A stretch of 64,000 bases of DNA, taken from assembly GCA_964491265.1 (NCBI GenBank), contig CAZBFP010000010.1:2233-66232 (forward strand), read 5' to 3'. The stretch comes from an uncultured Leptospirales bacterium. GTDB lineage: Bacteria > Spirochaetota > UBA4802 > UBA5550. The position numbers and the translations under genes were made by a program. The notes beneath the pieces were generated by a model. That model was given only the letters and a program-made list of their open reading frames with translations, ran no database searches and was not told where the DNA came from. This document shows, in pieces, positions 38,327-49,138 of the stretch. Position 1 is the stretch's first letter; every line of letters begins with the position of its first letter.

Positions 38327-39228
38327 TGTCAATTTCCCGAAACATTTATATAATAATTATTCTGTTTATATTCACTTCATGTGCAGTTTTTCAGAAAGGT
38401 GAACTTAAAAGTGAATATCTGCTCCCTTCAGAATCAGATACACCAGGCTGGATTAGAGCCGGTGATCATGTGAGTAAAAAAAAGTATTCTGCAGCAGAGC
38501 GTGAAACCCTTTTTTATGATGCGGATATTGTTCATTCTATATTGTCAAGATACACCTCTATTGATGACAGGGATGTTCATATCGACCTTTCTATTCACCG
38601 TTTTTCTTCACCGCTTGATGCATATACCTTTTTTTCATCACGGTTAAAATTCATGGAATGGATTTCAGATGATAATACCGATGAATATAATGATGACTCA
38701 ATTTTTATCCGGAGAAAGGGTAATTTTGTGATAATGGCCGAAAATGACACCTCTTCACCATTTTTACGAGGGGCTATGGCTCAGCTTGTAAAAACTGCGG
38801 ATTTCAATATTGGAGATAATTATTCCTCTGTCATGCTTCCTCTGTGGAGAAATTTATTAAAAGATTTTTCAGGAAACAATGCTGTTTTCAGCAGGAAAGA
38901 GATCGATTATTTCAGGGGGATTGATAATGTTTTTTACAGCAGAATCAGCAGCGGCAAAGAGGAATGTTTTATTTTCATAAGCGAAAAATCCTCATTTGAT
39001 CATGCTTTCAGGCTTTACCGGTCAATTATTGAACGTGAAAATTATTTAACAATAGAGGCTTTGAACAGGCATTCTGCAATTTTAAAAATAAAAGAAAAAA
39101 ACTATAGATTTATTTCTATCAATGATAATATAATAACCGGATTATGGGGATGCGGTGAGATAGCTGATGGTGAGGCTCTGCTTCAGAAGTTGAATGATAT
39201 GATAGAAAAATCGGGACCGGGGAAATAA
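38326..39228 (+). CDS. Hypothetical lipoprotein, translationally coupled (tgATGtca overlap) to the Opp-like operon
   Basis: ATG at 38326 overlaps the OppF-like stop. Signal with lipobox FTSC. Confidence 0.55.
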   Translation: MSISRNIYIIIILFIFTSCAVFQKGELKSEYLLPSESDTPGWIRAGDHVSKKKYSAAERETLFYDADIVHSILSRYTSIDDRDVHIDLSIHRFSSPLDAYTFFSSRLKFMEWISDDNTDEYNDDSIFIRRKGNFVIMAENDTSSPFLRGAMAQLVKTADFNIGDNYSSVMLPLWRNLLKDFSGNNAVFSRKEIDYFRGIDNVFYSRISSGKEECFIFISEKSSFDHAFRLYRSIIERENYLTIEALNRHSAILKIKEKNYRFISINDNIITGLWGCGEIADGEALLQKLNDMIEKSGPGK

Positions 39229-39234
39229 TCTTTT

Positions 39235-40335
39235 ATGAGTATTGATTATGACAGCATAATAAAAAAATCTCTTGAACAGATATTTCACAATATAGATCAG
39301 GAGCGGACTACTGTAGTTAATGCCGTTACCGGTAATGTTGATATACTCGTGAAAAAGGCTGATGAATGGTTCGGTGCGGATGCTCCTGAAGAATATCTCC
39401 GGGTTATACGTTCATTATTTACACTATCTACGTTTCTTGTTGAAAAACAGAGAAATAATGATGAACTTTCCATAATTAAAATTAAGGATAAAATCAAACT
39501 TTCCCTGGTGATAAAACAGATAATCAGGGAGCTGATGGAGATTTTTGATTATGGTGCACTAAATATTGCTCCAGATTTTGAGGGTGAAGAGCCTTTCATC
39601 CTCACATCAGAGCAGGTTCTTAAAGAATCAATCTACAGTATTTTCTTTTCCCTTTACCCTTTTATGAAGAAGGAATCATCATGTGATATTAAAATCAGAA
39701 AAGAAAATAATAATATAATCGCCGGATTTCATTTTAAAAAACTGACCGAATCCTTTCCAGGGCATTCAGAGATCAAGAAGAGGATTTTTTCTTATAATCA
39801 GAATAATGTGGAGAAAATCGGTATCGGCATTGACAGCGCAATAAACACCCTTAGATCTATCGGTTCTATTATTAAAACAGACTCGTTGAGCATATCCACG
39901 CTCTTTTCTATGAGTATTACCTTTCCTACAGTTGACTTCATGGACCAGGTGGAAAAGATAAGAGAATTAAACAGCAGCAAAATAGCTGCCATGGGAAAGG
40001 GGGCTGTTCTTGCAATAGTTAATGATCCAATGATGAGGCTCCTTCTTAATGATCTTATCGGGGAGAACGGCTATAGTCTGAATATTGTTTCTGTTGATGA
40101 CTTTAAATCAATTACAGGTCTTTCACAATATAAAACATTAATTTTTGATCTCTGCAGTGAATTATATTCCGCTTCTGATTTAATTAAAAAAATTAATCCG
40201 GCTAATTTTAATCTGATCCTTATTCATGGTGCAAAAGATGACAGCGCTGATGATGAAATTTTCAGTTCTTTTAGAAAATTTAAAAAACCTTTCAATGTCG
40301 ATGACATTATAGATTATATTAAATCACAAAATTAA
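39235..40335 (+). CDS. Hypothetical protein (366 aa)
   Basis: Long ORF with coding-like composition. No recognisable motif. Confidence 0.45.
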   Translation: MSIDYDSIIKKSLEQIFHNIDQERTTVVNAVTGNVDILVKKADEWFGADAPEEYLRVIRSLFTLSTFLVEKQRNNDELSIIKIKDKIKLSLVIKQIIRELMEIFDYGALNIAPDFEGEEPFILTSEQVLKESIYSIFFSLYPFMKKESSCDIKIRKENNNIIAGFHFKKLTESFPGHSEIKKRIFSYNQNNVEKIGIGIDSAINTLRSIGSIIKTDSLSISTLFSMSITFPTVDFMDQVEKIRELNSSKIAAMGKGAVLAIVNDPMMRLLLNDLIGENGYSLNIVSVDDFKSITGLSQYKTLIFDLCSELYSASDLIKKINPANFNLILIHGAKDDSADDEIFSSFRKFKKPFNVDDIIDYIKSQN

Positions 40336-40336
40336 T

Positions 40337-40993
40337 ATGTACTATATAATCGGGGACATTCACGGACAATTCCTTAAGCTGCAAAAGCTGATAGATCTTA
40401 TAGCGGTGCATGTAACCGCAGATGATACAATTATTTTTCTTGGAGACTACATTGACAGAGGGAGCAGTTCCTTTGAAGTAATTGAATTTCTCTCCGGCTT
40501 GTCAGATATTTATAATACCTGCTTTCTCAAGGGTAATCATGAGGAGATGTTTCTTGATTATTATAATACAGGGAATAACCTTGAATTGTATTTGCGAAAC
40601 GGCGGTGAGGCAACCATTTCAAGCTATAAAGAGAATACCGGTGAGATGAAGCTTCCTGAAAAGCACAAGATTTTTTTCAGCAATCTGAAGCTTTATTATG
40701 AGGGGGAGGATTTTATTGCGGTACATGCAGGGTTGAATCCCGAAATCGGAGATCCGGGAAAACACAATAGTGATGAGCTCCTCTGGATAAGAGAGAAATT
40801 TTTCCGTGCGGGCCACAAGTGGGGGAAAACTGTAATTTTCGGACATACCCCTACAGCGCTATTGCATAACAGCAGCAGCATTTTTTATGATCCGGGCCGG
40901 AATATTATCGGGCTTGATACTGGAGCAATGTATGATGGTTCACCCCTCACATGTCTCCGCTGGCCGGATAAAGAAATACTAAGAGCGGTTTAA
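40337..40993 (+). CDS. Calcineurin-like metallophosphoesterase (PPP-family Ser/Thr phosphatase / ApaH-like)
   Basis: GDIHG, GDYIDRG, GNHE motifs. Confidence 0.75.
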   Translation: MYYIIGDIHGQFLKLQKLIDLIAVHVTADDTIIFLGDYIDRGSSSFEVIEFLSGLSDIYNTCFLKGNHEEMFLDYYNTGNNLELYLRNGGEATISSYKENTGEMKLPEKHKIFFSNLKLYYEGEDFIAVHAGLNPEIGDPGKHNSDELLWIREKFFRAGHKWGKTVIFGHTPTALLHNSSSIFYDPGRNIIGLDTGAMYDGSPLTCLRWPDKEILRAV

Positions 40994-41029
40994 TGAATTT
41001 AATGAAATTATACAGGGCAGAAAAAAGGT

Positions 41030-42229
41030 ATGAAACTCTATAAGATAATATCAGCCTCTCTCATCCTTTTTCTTCTTTTTGTTCCGGAATTAAAATCGAG
41101 AGACTACATTAGAACCGGTACTGTTGAAGGGGTCAGGGAAAATAATTATATAACACTGATTTTTAAAGAAAAGCCTGAATTTGAATCATACTATATTTTA
41201 TTGGACGGGAATCGTCTCGGCACTGCCTTAATAACAGCAAGGATCGAAGATAATAAAGCACAATTCCGCTATCTTGCCCTATTCAGAGCTGCGGATAAAG
41301 AATCGGTCAAATTATTAAGGCCTGGCCTTGCAGCAGCTGTAATAAAGCCTGATAAAAGCATTGACAACAGGTATGAGAAAAAACCATATATTGAAAGAAT
41401 CGAATATAAAACAGTAATAATAAGTGCTGTTGATAAAAGAGAAATGGTGCTCATACCGGCCGGCAGATTTATTATGGGATCTTCAAAAGGGGATAAAGAT
41501 GAAGGACCGGAGAACAGCCATTTCCTTCCCGACTACTATATAGACAAATACGAGGTTTCAAATCGTGATTTCAAGGCCTTCCTTGATGATACAGCTGGTG
41601 AATATCCACCATACTGGGGGGAACACCTTGATTTGCAGAGGAATTTCAGGACTGAATTTTTCGCAGATCTTCCTGTGATTGTAACATATTATGAAGCGCT
41701 TGAGTATGCTTCATGGTGCGGCAAACGGCTTCCTCTGGAAAATGAGTGGGAAAAGGCTGCCAGGTTCCCGCTGCATCGTGATAAAAATAATATGGATGCA
41801 GTATATACATGGGGATATGAATTTCGTGAAGGTATTTCAAATAGTGCAGAATTATGGATGAATGAGGAAACAGGTGAAAACCTTAAAGAGCTGATAAAAA
41901 ACAAATATAGACTTGAAAAAATAGATAAAGGGTATATACCTGTAAATGTTCATGAGCCTGCTGCGGCTTCCTATTACGGAGTGGTACATATGGACGGCAA
42001 TGCTCTTGAATGGACCGACAGCTGGTATAGTGCTTATAAAAACAGTTATGTGAAAAATAAAAAATACGGAACACAGTATAAGGTAATCCGCGGGGGGAGT
42101 TACTTCCATTCTGCCGGAGAATCAAGGGTTACTGACAGAAAAATAGGCGGTATTCCTAATCTTAAAAGAGACAGGGTTGCCGGATTCAGATGTGTGAAAG
42201 ATGTGTCTGCTCAGGACAGATTAAATTAG
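41030..42229 (+). CDS. Formylglycine-generating-enzyme (SUMF1/FGE-sulfatase) domain protein, secreted
   Basis: Signal peptide. RFIMGS...YEVSNRDF...EWTDSWY...IRGGSYF pattern of the FGE-sulfatase domain. Confidence 0.65.
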   Translation: MKLYKIISASLILFLLFVPELKSRDYIRTGTVEGVRENNYITLIFKEKPEFESYYILLDGNRLGTALITARIEDNKAQFRYLALFRAADKESVKLLRPGLAAAVIKPDKSIDNRYEKKPYIERIEYKTVIISAVDKREMVLIPAGRFIMGSSKGDKDEGPENSHFLPDYYIDKYEVSNRDFKAFLDDTAGEYPPYWGEHLDLQRNFRTEFFADLPVIVTYYEALEYASWCGKRLPLENEWEKAARFPLHRDKNNMDAVYTWGYEFREGISNSAELWMNEETGENLKELIKNKYRLEKIDKGYIPVNVHEPAAASYYGVVHMDGNALEWTDSWYSAYKNSYVKNKKYGTQYKVIRGGSYFHSAGESRVTDRKIGGIPNLKRDRVAGFRCVKDVSAQDRLN

Positions 42230-42245
42230 GAACAATGGAGTAAGT

Positions 42246-44465
42246 ATGAAATTATTCTATTTTTTATCAAGAAATATAAGCTATACTTTTTCGGTGGCTT
42301 TTTTTACCAATATATTCGGGTGGCTTGCAATTATCTTCTCCTATTTTCTGGCCAGTTCATTTCTTCTTATATCTTATGATAAAATCACAAATCATTTTTT
42401 TCAATGGCTCCCGCTGATCTTTCTCTCTTTTTCGTTTATTTACTTTGTATTTTTCGGATTCTTTACACCGGTTAAAATACCGGCTCTTATGAAAAGACAT
42501 AGACGAATAAATACCCTCTTCAGCAGAAATTTAAAAGCGGAAGATGCCTACATGAAAAATTCATATGGAGATTTTTCAGACCTTGTAATGAATAACACCT
42601 CCTCCTCTGTAATAATAATTGTTGCAACAGGGGCTGCAATGACTGTGATGGCATTTAATAATTTTTTTATAGCAGGGAATTTTACGCTTATTGAGTTTAA
42701 ATCTACTGTTAAGGTAATTGCACTTGCTTCAGTTGTTGCCACTCTTCTTCTTGGTATGGCAACTCATCTTCTTACTGAAAATCTTACCAATAATGAACGT
42801 GCGGAATTGTACAACGAATTGCTGAAAAAAGGGGTGAAGATTAAACCACATTCACTGATAGGTGTAAATGTCAATTTCTACTTTTTTGTTATAATAATGT
42901 TTATAATACTTTTTTCGTTTGTAGCTCTCCTGGAAAGACTTCGGATGGATGCTCCCGGGAATATCCTGATTCTCGCGGTTTATCTTGCAGGCTCCATACT
43001 TCTGGGGCTTATTCTTGCCAGGGTAAATGCCAATTCTATTCTTAAAATTCTAAACGATATGTCCAGGGTTACAAGGGAGATTGCATCAGGGAAAAGAGCC
43101 GGATTCCAGGTCTTGTCACTGGGTAAGGAGTTTTCATCTATCGAGTTTGCCCTTATGGAGATGGCCTGGGAAATTGAAGAGCATAGAAGAAATCTTGAAT
43201 TAAAGGTACAGGAGCGGACTGATGACCTGGAAAAGGCAATGACAAGTCTGCGGATCAGGGATGATCAGATTCAGAAGCAGCTGGACATGGCCAGTGTGAT
43301 TCAGCGGAGTATGCTCCCTGACAGGCTCGATGACTGGAATGAGATAAAGTTTTCTGTACGATATAATGCCATGGAGAAAATCGGTGGTGACTTTTATGAT
43401 ATTTTCCAGCTTAAGGATAACAAAATAGGTGTAATTATAGCAGACGTTTCAGGGCATGGTATCCCAGCGGCTCTTGTTACTGCAATGGCGAAGATTTCAT
43501 TTGGAAATGCAGGTGTTCTATATGATTCACCACGGAGAATTTATCAGGAAGTAAATAAAAATATTATTGAGCACATGAAAACACAGGATTATCTTACCTG
43601 TTTTATGGTGGCCATTGATGATGACTACAACGTAACTTATTCAAATGCCAGTCACCAGAAAGCGGTACTGTTAAGATCGGAAAGCGGAGAGGTGGAGTAT
43701 CTCGATACAGGGGGACTATTTATAGGTGCGCTTGAAGAAGCCAGAGACACATACGAGGAAAAATTCACCACACTGAACTATGGGGACAGGATAATTCTTT
43801 ATACAGATGGTATTCCTGAAGCTCAGAATATTGAGAAGAAAGAATATTCCAACGATGGTTTTGAAAAATCAATTCTTGCTCACAAAGATAAAGATCTTGA
43901 GGAATATACAGAATCTCTCATTGCAGATGTACGGGATTATATGGGGGAAATGGGATCTATCGATGATATTACACTCCTTGTAATAGAGCTTGTCTGGGAT
44001 GAAGCTGTTGATGTTGTTAAAAGCTCAAGGAAAATGGTTGCAGCACATAAGTATCTTGAAGCTATTGAGGTTCTTGAAAACGGACTGGAAAGATTTCCAG
44101 GTAACCAGAAAATCCTGTACAACCTGGCCAAAAACTATTTCAGGGTAAACAATTACAGTAAAGCTGTGCAGACAATTGAAAAATATATTGAGAAAGACAG
44201 AAAAAATAAATTTGCATATTATATCAACGGTGCCTCCTATTACCAGATGATGGATTATAAAGCTGCCGTTGATCAGTTCAATATGGCTGTTGCCATTGAT
44301 CAGAATATGGTTAACTCCCTTTTTGCACTTGCCATGTCATATAAAAACCTTGGTGATTATGATTCGGCAGTACAGATATTTGAGCGGGTAATAAATATTG
44401 ACTCTGATAATAAAATGGCACTTTTCGAAATCAGGCAGATCGAAAAAATGAAAAATGGCATCTGA
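42246..44465 (+). CDS. Membrane-anchored PP2C/SpoIIE-type Ser/Thr phosphatase with HAMP-like linker and C-terminal TPR repeats
   Basis: GGDFYDIF...IADVSGHGIPAALVTAM (SpoIIE/PP2C metal site). N-terminal TM helices. TPR motifs at the C-terminus. Confidence 0.7.
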   Translation: MKLFYFLSRNISYTFSVAFFTNIFGWLAIIFSYFLASSFLLISYDKITNHFFQWLPLIFLSFSFIYFVFFGFFTPVKIPALMKRHRRINTLFSRNLKAEDAYMKNSYGDFSDLVMNNTSSSVIIIVATGAAMTVMAFNNFFIAGNFTLIEFKSTVKVIALASVVATLLLGMATHLLTENLTNNERAELYNELLKKGVKIKPHSLIGVNVNFYFFVIIMFIILFSFVALLERLRMDAPGNILILAVYLAGSILLGLILARVNANSILKILNDMSRVTREIASGKRAGFQVLSLGKEFSSIEFALMEMAWEIEEHRRNLELKVQERTDDLEKAMTSLRIRDDQIQKQLDMASVIQRSMLPDRLDDWNEIKFSVRYNAMEKIGGDFYDIFQLKDNKIGVIIADVSGHGIPAALVTAMAKISFGNAGVLYDSPRRIYQEVNKNIIEHMKTQDYLTCFMVAIDDDYNVTYSNASHQKAVLLRSESGEVEYLDTGGLFIGALEEARDTYEEKFTTLNYGDRIILYTDGIPEAQNIEKKEYSNDGFEKSILAHKDKDLEEYTESLIADVRDYMGEMGSIDDITLLVIELVWDEAVDVVKSSRKMVAAHKYLEAIEVLENGLERFPGNQKILYNLAKNYFRVNNYSKAVQTIEKYIEKDRKNKFAYYINGASYYQMMDYKAAVDQFNMAVAIDQNMVNSLFALAMSYKNLGDYDSAVQIFERVINIDSDNKMALFEIRQIEKMKNGI

Positions 44466-44501
44466 TTTCCGCAGAACCTATAATTTTATTTAAGCGCTTA
44501 C

Positions 44502-45572
44502 ATGATGAAACGAACTATTAAAGACCTTGATTTTAATGAAGCATTAACTCTATTCAGGGAGCTGGGGGAAAAGGAATTCAGGGCTGCACAGCTATTTAAC
44601 TGGCTCTATGAAAAAAATGTCCCCTCTTTCAGTGAGATGACTAATTTTTCTAAAAATCTCCGGGGAATTCTTGATGCTGAATTTGAAGTTTCCCCCCTCA
44701 CACTGGAAGATAAGCAAATATCCCGAATTGATGGTACTGTTAAGTACCTTTTTAAGACTCATGACGGCCACTATATTGAATCTGTTTTAATAAAAACTGA
44801 TATGCACGGTGAAGGGCGTATTACTATCTGTATCTCTTCACAGGTGGGGTGTTTTATGGGTTGCGGTTTTTGTGAAACTGCTAAAATCGGATTTAAGAGA
44901 AATCTTACACCGGGGGAGATACTTGACCAGATCTGTCAGGTTCGAAGGGATTCAGCTTTAAGAAATAATAATATTGTTTTTATGGGAATGGGTGAGCCTT
45001 TTCTGAATTATGATAATGTTCTTAAGGCTGCAGATATAATGAACTATACTTTCGGATTCCATCTTTCAGTGAGGAAGATTACTATTTCCACATGCGGTAT
45101 ACATCCGGCCATAGAACGGTTTATTGATGAGAACAGGCCTTACAATCTTGCTCTTTCGCTGAATGATACTGATCCAACCAAAAGAATAGTAAATATGCCT
45201 GTGGAAAAAAAATACCCTTTTGAGAAAATAGCACGAATGCTTAATCATAAGTTCCCTGTTTCAAGAAACAGGCTTACAATCGAATATGTAATGAGGAAGG
45301 ATAATATCTCTTCTGTTGATGTAAAAAGGCTGAAGCAGATGTTCAGATTTTCCCGGATAAAGCTTAATCTTATTCCGCTTAATCCGGGGGAGCATACTCT
45401 GCCTGTTCCGGATGAAAATGAGATAAACAGGTTCATCGAAGAACTTCAGATGATGAATATTCCGGTTTCCATAAGGAAAAGTATGGGACAGGATATTTCA
45501 GGCGCATGCGGGCAACTATCAGGACGAAAATATTCAGAAAAACATGTTTCAGAAGAGGTTATTGAAAAATGA
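44502..45572 (+). CDS. rlmN: Radical-SAM 23S rRNA/tRNA adenine-C2 methyltransferase (RlmN/Cfr family)
   Basis: CxxxCxxC (GCFMGCGFC), GMGEP, conserved downstream Cys. RlmN-like length. Confidence 0.8.
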   Translation: MMKRTIKDLDFNEALTLFRELGEKEFRAAQLFNWLYEKNVPSFSEMTNFSKNLRGILDAEFEVSPLTLEDKQISRIDGTVKYLFKTHDGHYIESVLIKTDMHGEGRITICISSQVGCFMGCGFCETAKIGFKRNLTPGEILDQICQVRRDSALRNNNIVFMGMGEPFLNYDNVLKAADIMNYTFGFHLSVRKITISTCGIHPAIERFIDENRPYNLALSLNDTDPTKRIVNMPVEKKYPFEKIARMLNHKFPVSRNRLTIEYVMRKDNISSVDVKRLKQMFRFSRIKLNLIPLNPGEHTLPVPDENEINRFIEELQMMNIPVSIRKSMGQDISGACGQLSGRKYSEKHVSEEVIEK

Positions 45573-47818
45573 TTTATTTCAACTGGATACTGTCGCGCTG
45601 GAAGATCTTTTTGATCTATATCCCTATAACAGCTGTTATTGTTGTTATACTATATGCAGGTTATATATATATTGAATGGATTTCCCAGAGAGAGATAGCT
45701 TTAAAAAAATTATCCGGATATAAACTTCTCATTGATAGAACTGAAGAGATGCAGAAGGGATACCCTTACACCAGAAGTGATGTGGAGGTAGGGGCTAAAG
45801 TCGTTGATATACCTACAAGAATTTATGACAGAAATAATGAAATTATAGGCGAGTTTTTCGAAGAGAAGAGAGAGATTGTTCCATTCGATTATATTCCCAA
45901 GTGGTTAATTAATGGAGTAATAGCAAGCGAGGACCGTGAGTTTTACAACCATAAAGGTATAAGTTATTCAGGGATTATAAGGGCATTTTTTAAAAATCTT
46001 ATCAATTTCAGGGTTGTTCAGGGGGGGAGTACAATAACCCAGCAGCTTGCCAAGGTCCTTTTTACTGATATGGAGAGAAATCTTAAAAGAAAAATTTATG
46101 AAGCCTACTGCGCTCTTGAGATTGAAAAGCATTATGATAAGCAGGACATTCTTTCAATGTATCTTAACCTTATATATTTCGGTAATGGTTCATATGGTGT
46201 TGAGTCCACATCAAAAATGTTCTTTGGTACATCAGTGAGAGAGCTGGATATAGTTGAATGTGCAATGATTGTTTCAACAATATCTAATCCTCTTGTTTAC
46301 TCACCTCTGTCCAATCTTGGTAATTCAGTCAGCAAAACAGGAAGAATTCTTCAGTCTCTCAGTGATGCCGGTTTTCTCACTAAAGAGCAGATTGATCCAC
46401 TTTATAAGGATTTTATAAAAAGATGGGATATAGAAGTCAGCGCTGACCAGAAGAGTGTAACTTCCAGAATCGGCAGTTTTTTATACAGTTCCTACAGGAT
46501 TAACAGGGCTCCTTTTTTTAATGAATCAATAAGAAGACTTCTTGTGGATAAATTTGGTGACGAAGCTGTAAAAAAAGGGGGCCTTTCAGTTTATACAACA
46601 ATTGACGCATCAAGTCAGGAGCTGGCAATGAAAAGCCTGCGTAATGGAATATCCTCTCAAAGAGATTATCATAAAAATTATGCAAAGAGAATTAAGAATA
46701 AAGCCGCTGCAGAAGCAGAGGAGGCTAAGGCTTCCGATATTGAAGGGGGTATGATTTCAATAAATCCCCATACTGGAGAAATATTATCCTACGCGGGTGG
46801 ATTTCAGTTTACTACCACTTCCCAGGTAGATAATGTCAGTCAGATCAGGAGGCAGCCCGGATCATCTATCAAGCCTCTTGTCTATGCATCTGCAATTGAG
46901 ACAAAAAAAATTACTCCATCTACCATGTTTGATGACAGGCCTGTAACTTTTGAAAAAGGTTATGCACCGCAGAATTATGACAAAAAATTTTACGGGAAAA
47001 TAATTGCTCGCCAGGCACTTGTGAAATCGCTTAACACTATTGCTGTAACAGTTCTGAATATTACCGGATATGACAAGGTCTTTTCCTATCTCCAGAAGGG
47101 TCTGGATATGAATGACAGTGATTTTAACAGAAGATTTATGAAAACATTATCCTTTGCACTTGGATCTTACGAGTTATCACCCTTTGAAAATGTGCAGATC
47201 CATGCGATGCTGATAAATCAGGGGAATTTTGTTATACCCTACGGGATAAAATATATTAAAGACTATAACGGTAATACTATATGGGATAATGAAAAGGAGA
47301 TACAGGAGCGGATCAATTCTAATAGAAGAAAATATAATAATATAATAGACCCGGCAGCTGCACGAATTTCATTGTCCATGCTTGAGGGCGTGAGAGAGCC
47401 TGGATCATCAATTCATTGGCTTCTTCGAAAATACGGCATTACTTTCCCCTGTGCAGGTAAAACAGGTACATCTTCCGATTTTATCGACGCCTGGTTTGTA
47501 GGTTATACAAGCGATCGTGTTACATCCGTATGGATTGGAAACAGGGCCGGGTCAGTATCATTAGGGCAGGGAAGGTCTGCAAGCGCTGTTTCCGCACCTG
47601 TGTGGGCCGAATACATTTCCGGGGTTTATAGAGAGGAAAAACCTGCTGGTTTTAATTCAGACATAGAGGGTATCACTTCAGAAACAATCTGTATGGAGTC
47701 GGGGAATGTAGCCGGACGCAACGGGGAGTGCCCGTCAAGCGCTGTGCAGTTTTTTTATTCAGGAACAGAACCGGGGAGGTTCTGTGAAATTCATGTTAAC
47801 AATCAGGGGAGTTTATGA
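45569..47818 (+). CDS. Class A penicillin-binding protein (PBP1A-like; glycosyltransferase plus transpeptidase)
   Basis: GT51 motifs EDREFYNHKGI and GGSTITQQLAK. Transpeptidase SxxK (GSSIKP) and KTGTS. Confidence 0.85.
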   Translation: MIYFNWILSRWKIFLIYIPITAVIVVILYAGYIYIEWISQREIALKKLSGYKLLIDRTEEMQKGYPYTRSDVEVGAKVVDIPTRIYDRNNEIIGEFFEEKREIVPFDYIPKWLINGVIASEDREFYNHKGISYSGIIRAFFKNLINFRVVQGGSTITQQLAKVLFTDMERNLKRKIYEAYCALEIEKHYDKQDILSMYLNLIYFGNGSYGVESTSKMFFGTSVRELDIVECAMIVSTISNPLVYSPLSNLGNSVSKTGRILQSLSDAGFLTKEQIDPLYKDFIKRWDIEVSADQKSVTSRIGSFLYSSYRINRAPFFNESIRRLLVDKFGDEAVKKGGLSVYTTIDASSQELAMKSLRNGISSQRDYHKNYAKRIKNKAAAEAEEAKASDIEGGMISINPHTGEILSYAGGFQFTTTSQVDNVSQIRRQPGSSIKPLVYASAIETKKITPSTMFDDRPVTFEKGYAPQNYDKKFYGKIIARQALVKSLNTIAVTVLNITGYDKVFSYLQKGLDMNDSDFNRRFMKTLSFALGSYELSPFENVQIHAMLINQGNFVIPYGIKYIKDYNGNTIWDNEKEIQERINSNRRKYNNIIDPAAARISLSMLEGVREPGSSIHWLLRKYGITFPCAGKTGTSSDFIDAWFVGYTSDRVTSVWIGNRAGSVSLGQGRSASAVSAPVWAEYISGVYREEKPAGFNSDIEGITSETICMESGNVAGRNGECPSSAVQFFYSGTEPGRFCEIHVNNQGSL

Positions 47819-48675
47819 TCCGCAACATATTAGTCTGTTTTTCTCTTGCTGTTCTGGCACTGTCCAATGTTTCATTCAGGTGGCCGCTGAATAATCCGGT
47901 TCTAACCTCAACATTCGGTGAGTCAAGGGGTGACCATTTCCATGACGGTATGGATTTTACAAGCTCCGACAGCCGGATTTTCCCTGTAAAAGATGGGAAG
48001 CTCCTTTATGCCTGGAACAGATCCCTTTTCCCTCTTGAAAATTACCGGGGTGGAGGAAATTATAAAGTAATTAAACATGATGATGACTATGTGTCTGTTT
48101 ATATGCATCTACAGGATGGAGAATCCCTTCAGAAAGAATATACTGAAAATGACGTAATCGGACATGCGGGTAATACAGGGCGATCCTACGGGAGCCATCT
48201 CCATTTTTCAATCTTAAACTGGAAACTCCGTTACTCGATCAATTCTTTTAAAGTAATGCCTGAATATGCTGATATAAAGGCTCCTGAAATATTATATTTT
48301 TATATAAGAATTGATGATCGCTATGTGAGGATAAATCCCGATTCCAGTATCCGTCTTACGCAGCATTATCCCCTGCTGGTGGAAATAAGAGATTCTGCCT
48401 CAGGAAGGGAGCGGCTCGGGATTTACAAAATGAAGGTTCAGTTTAACGGGAAGGAAATTCTTAATACGGAATATGACAGAATTGATTATTCAGAAAATGG
48501 TTTTACAGTAAGCGGAAGAGTCTTTGATGATCTTTTTGATGAGAGGGGTTACTATAAAATACCAGATTTAAAGTATCAGGAAGGGCTTAATACATTTATT
48601 GTGACAGCCCGTGATTTTAGTGGTAATACTGGAGAAAGAATTTTTAAAATCAATGTGAGCCTTGATACTGATTGA
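47815..48675 (+). CDS. M23-family peptidoglycan metalloendopeptidase
   Basis: HxxxD (HFHDGMDF) and HLHF (GSHLHFSI) zinc ligand motifs. Confidence 0.75.
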   Translation: MIRNILVCFSLAVLALSNVSFRWPLNNPVLTSTFGESRGDHFHDGMDFTSSDSRIFPVKDGKLLYAWNRSLFPLENYRGGGNYKVIKHDDDYVSVYMHLQDGESLQKEYTENDVIGHAGNTGRSYGSHLHFSILNWKLRYSINSFKVMPEYADIKAPEILYFYIRIDDRYVRINPDSSIRLTQHYPLLVEIRDSASGRERLGIYKMKVQFNGKEILNTEYDRIDYSENGFTVSGRVFDDLFDERGYYKIPDLKYQEGLNTFIVTARDFSGNTGERIFKINVSLDTD

Positions 48676-48711
48676 AAGATAAGAGCTGTTATAATTTCCG
48701 GAGGCCAGGTT

Positions 48712-49128
48712 TTGAATAATATATTGCCTTTATTAAGAAGAAAAAATAAAATAAAACAGAGAGAACTTGCAGTTGTTCTTGAAGTATCTCCTTCATATCT
48801 CTGTAAAGTGGAAAAGGGGCTGGTGGACCCTACTGATTCATTCAGGCAGTCATGTGCGGAATATTTTAATGAACAGATTTGCACCCTTTTTCCGGAAGAG
48901 GTGAAGAAAAAAAATGATATCTATCCTGATGAACAATCTGCTAACAATGTCTGGTCAGCAAGAAGAAGAAAAAATATAAAGCAGAACAAACTGGCAGAGC
49001 TTGTAGGGTGTTCCCCATCCTATCTCTCAAAAATTGAAAAGGGGAAACAGGTGCCAAATGAGAAGTTTAAAAAAAAATGCGCCAAGGTGCTGAAAATTAA
49101 AGAAGCGGAATTATTCCCGGAGAAATAA
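48712..49128 (+). CDS. Tandem double XRE-type HTH protein
   Basis: Two HTH_XRE repeats (KQRELAVVLEVSPSYLCKVEKG and KQNKLAELVGCSPSYLSKIEKG). Confidence 0.65.
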   Translation: MNNILPLLRRKNKIKQRELAVVLEVSPSYLCKVEKGLVDPTDSFRQSCAEYFNEQICTLFPEEVKKKNDIYPDEQSANNVWSARRRKNIKQNKLAELVGCSPSYLSKIEKGKQVPNEKFKKKCAKVLKIKEAELFPEK

Positions 49129-49138
49129 ATCTTAAGAA

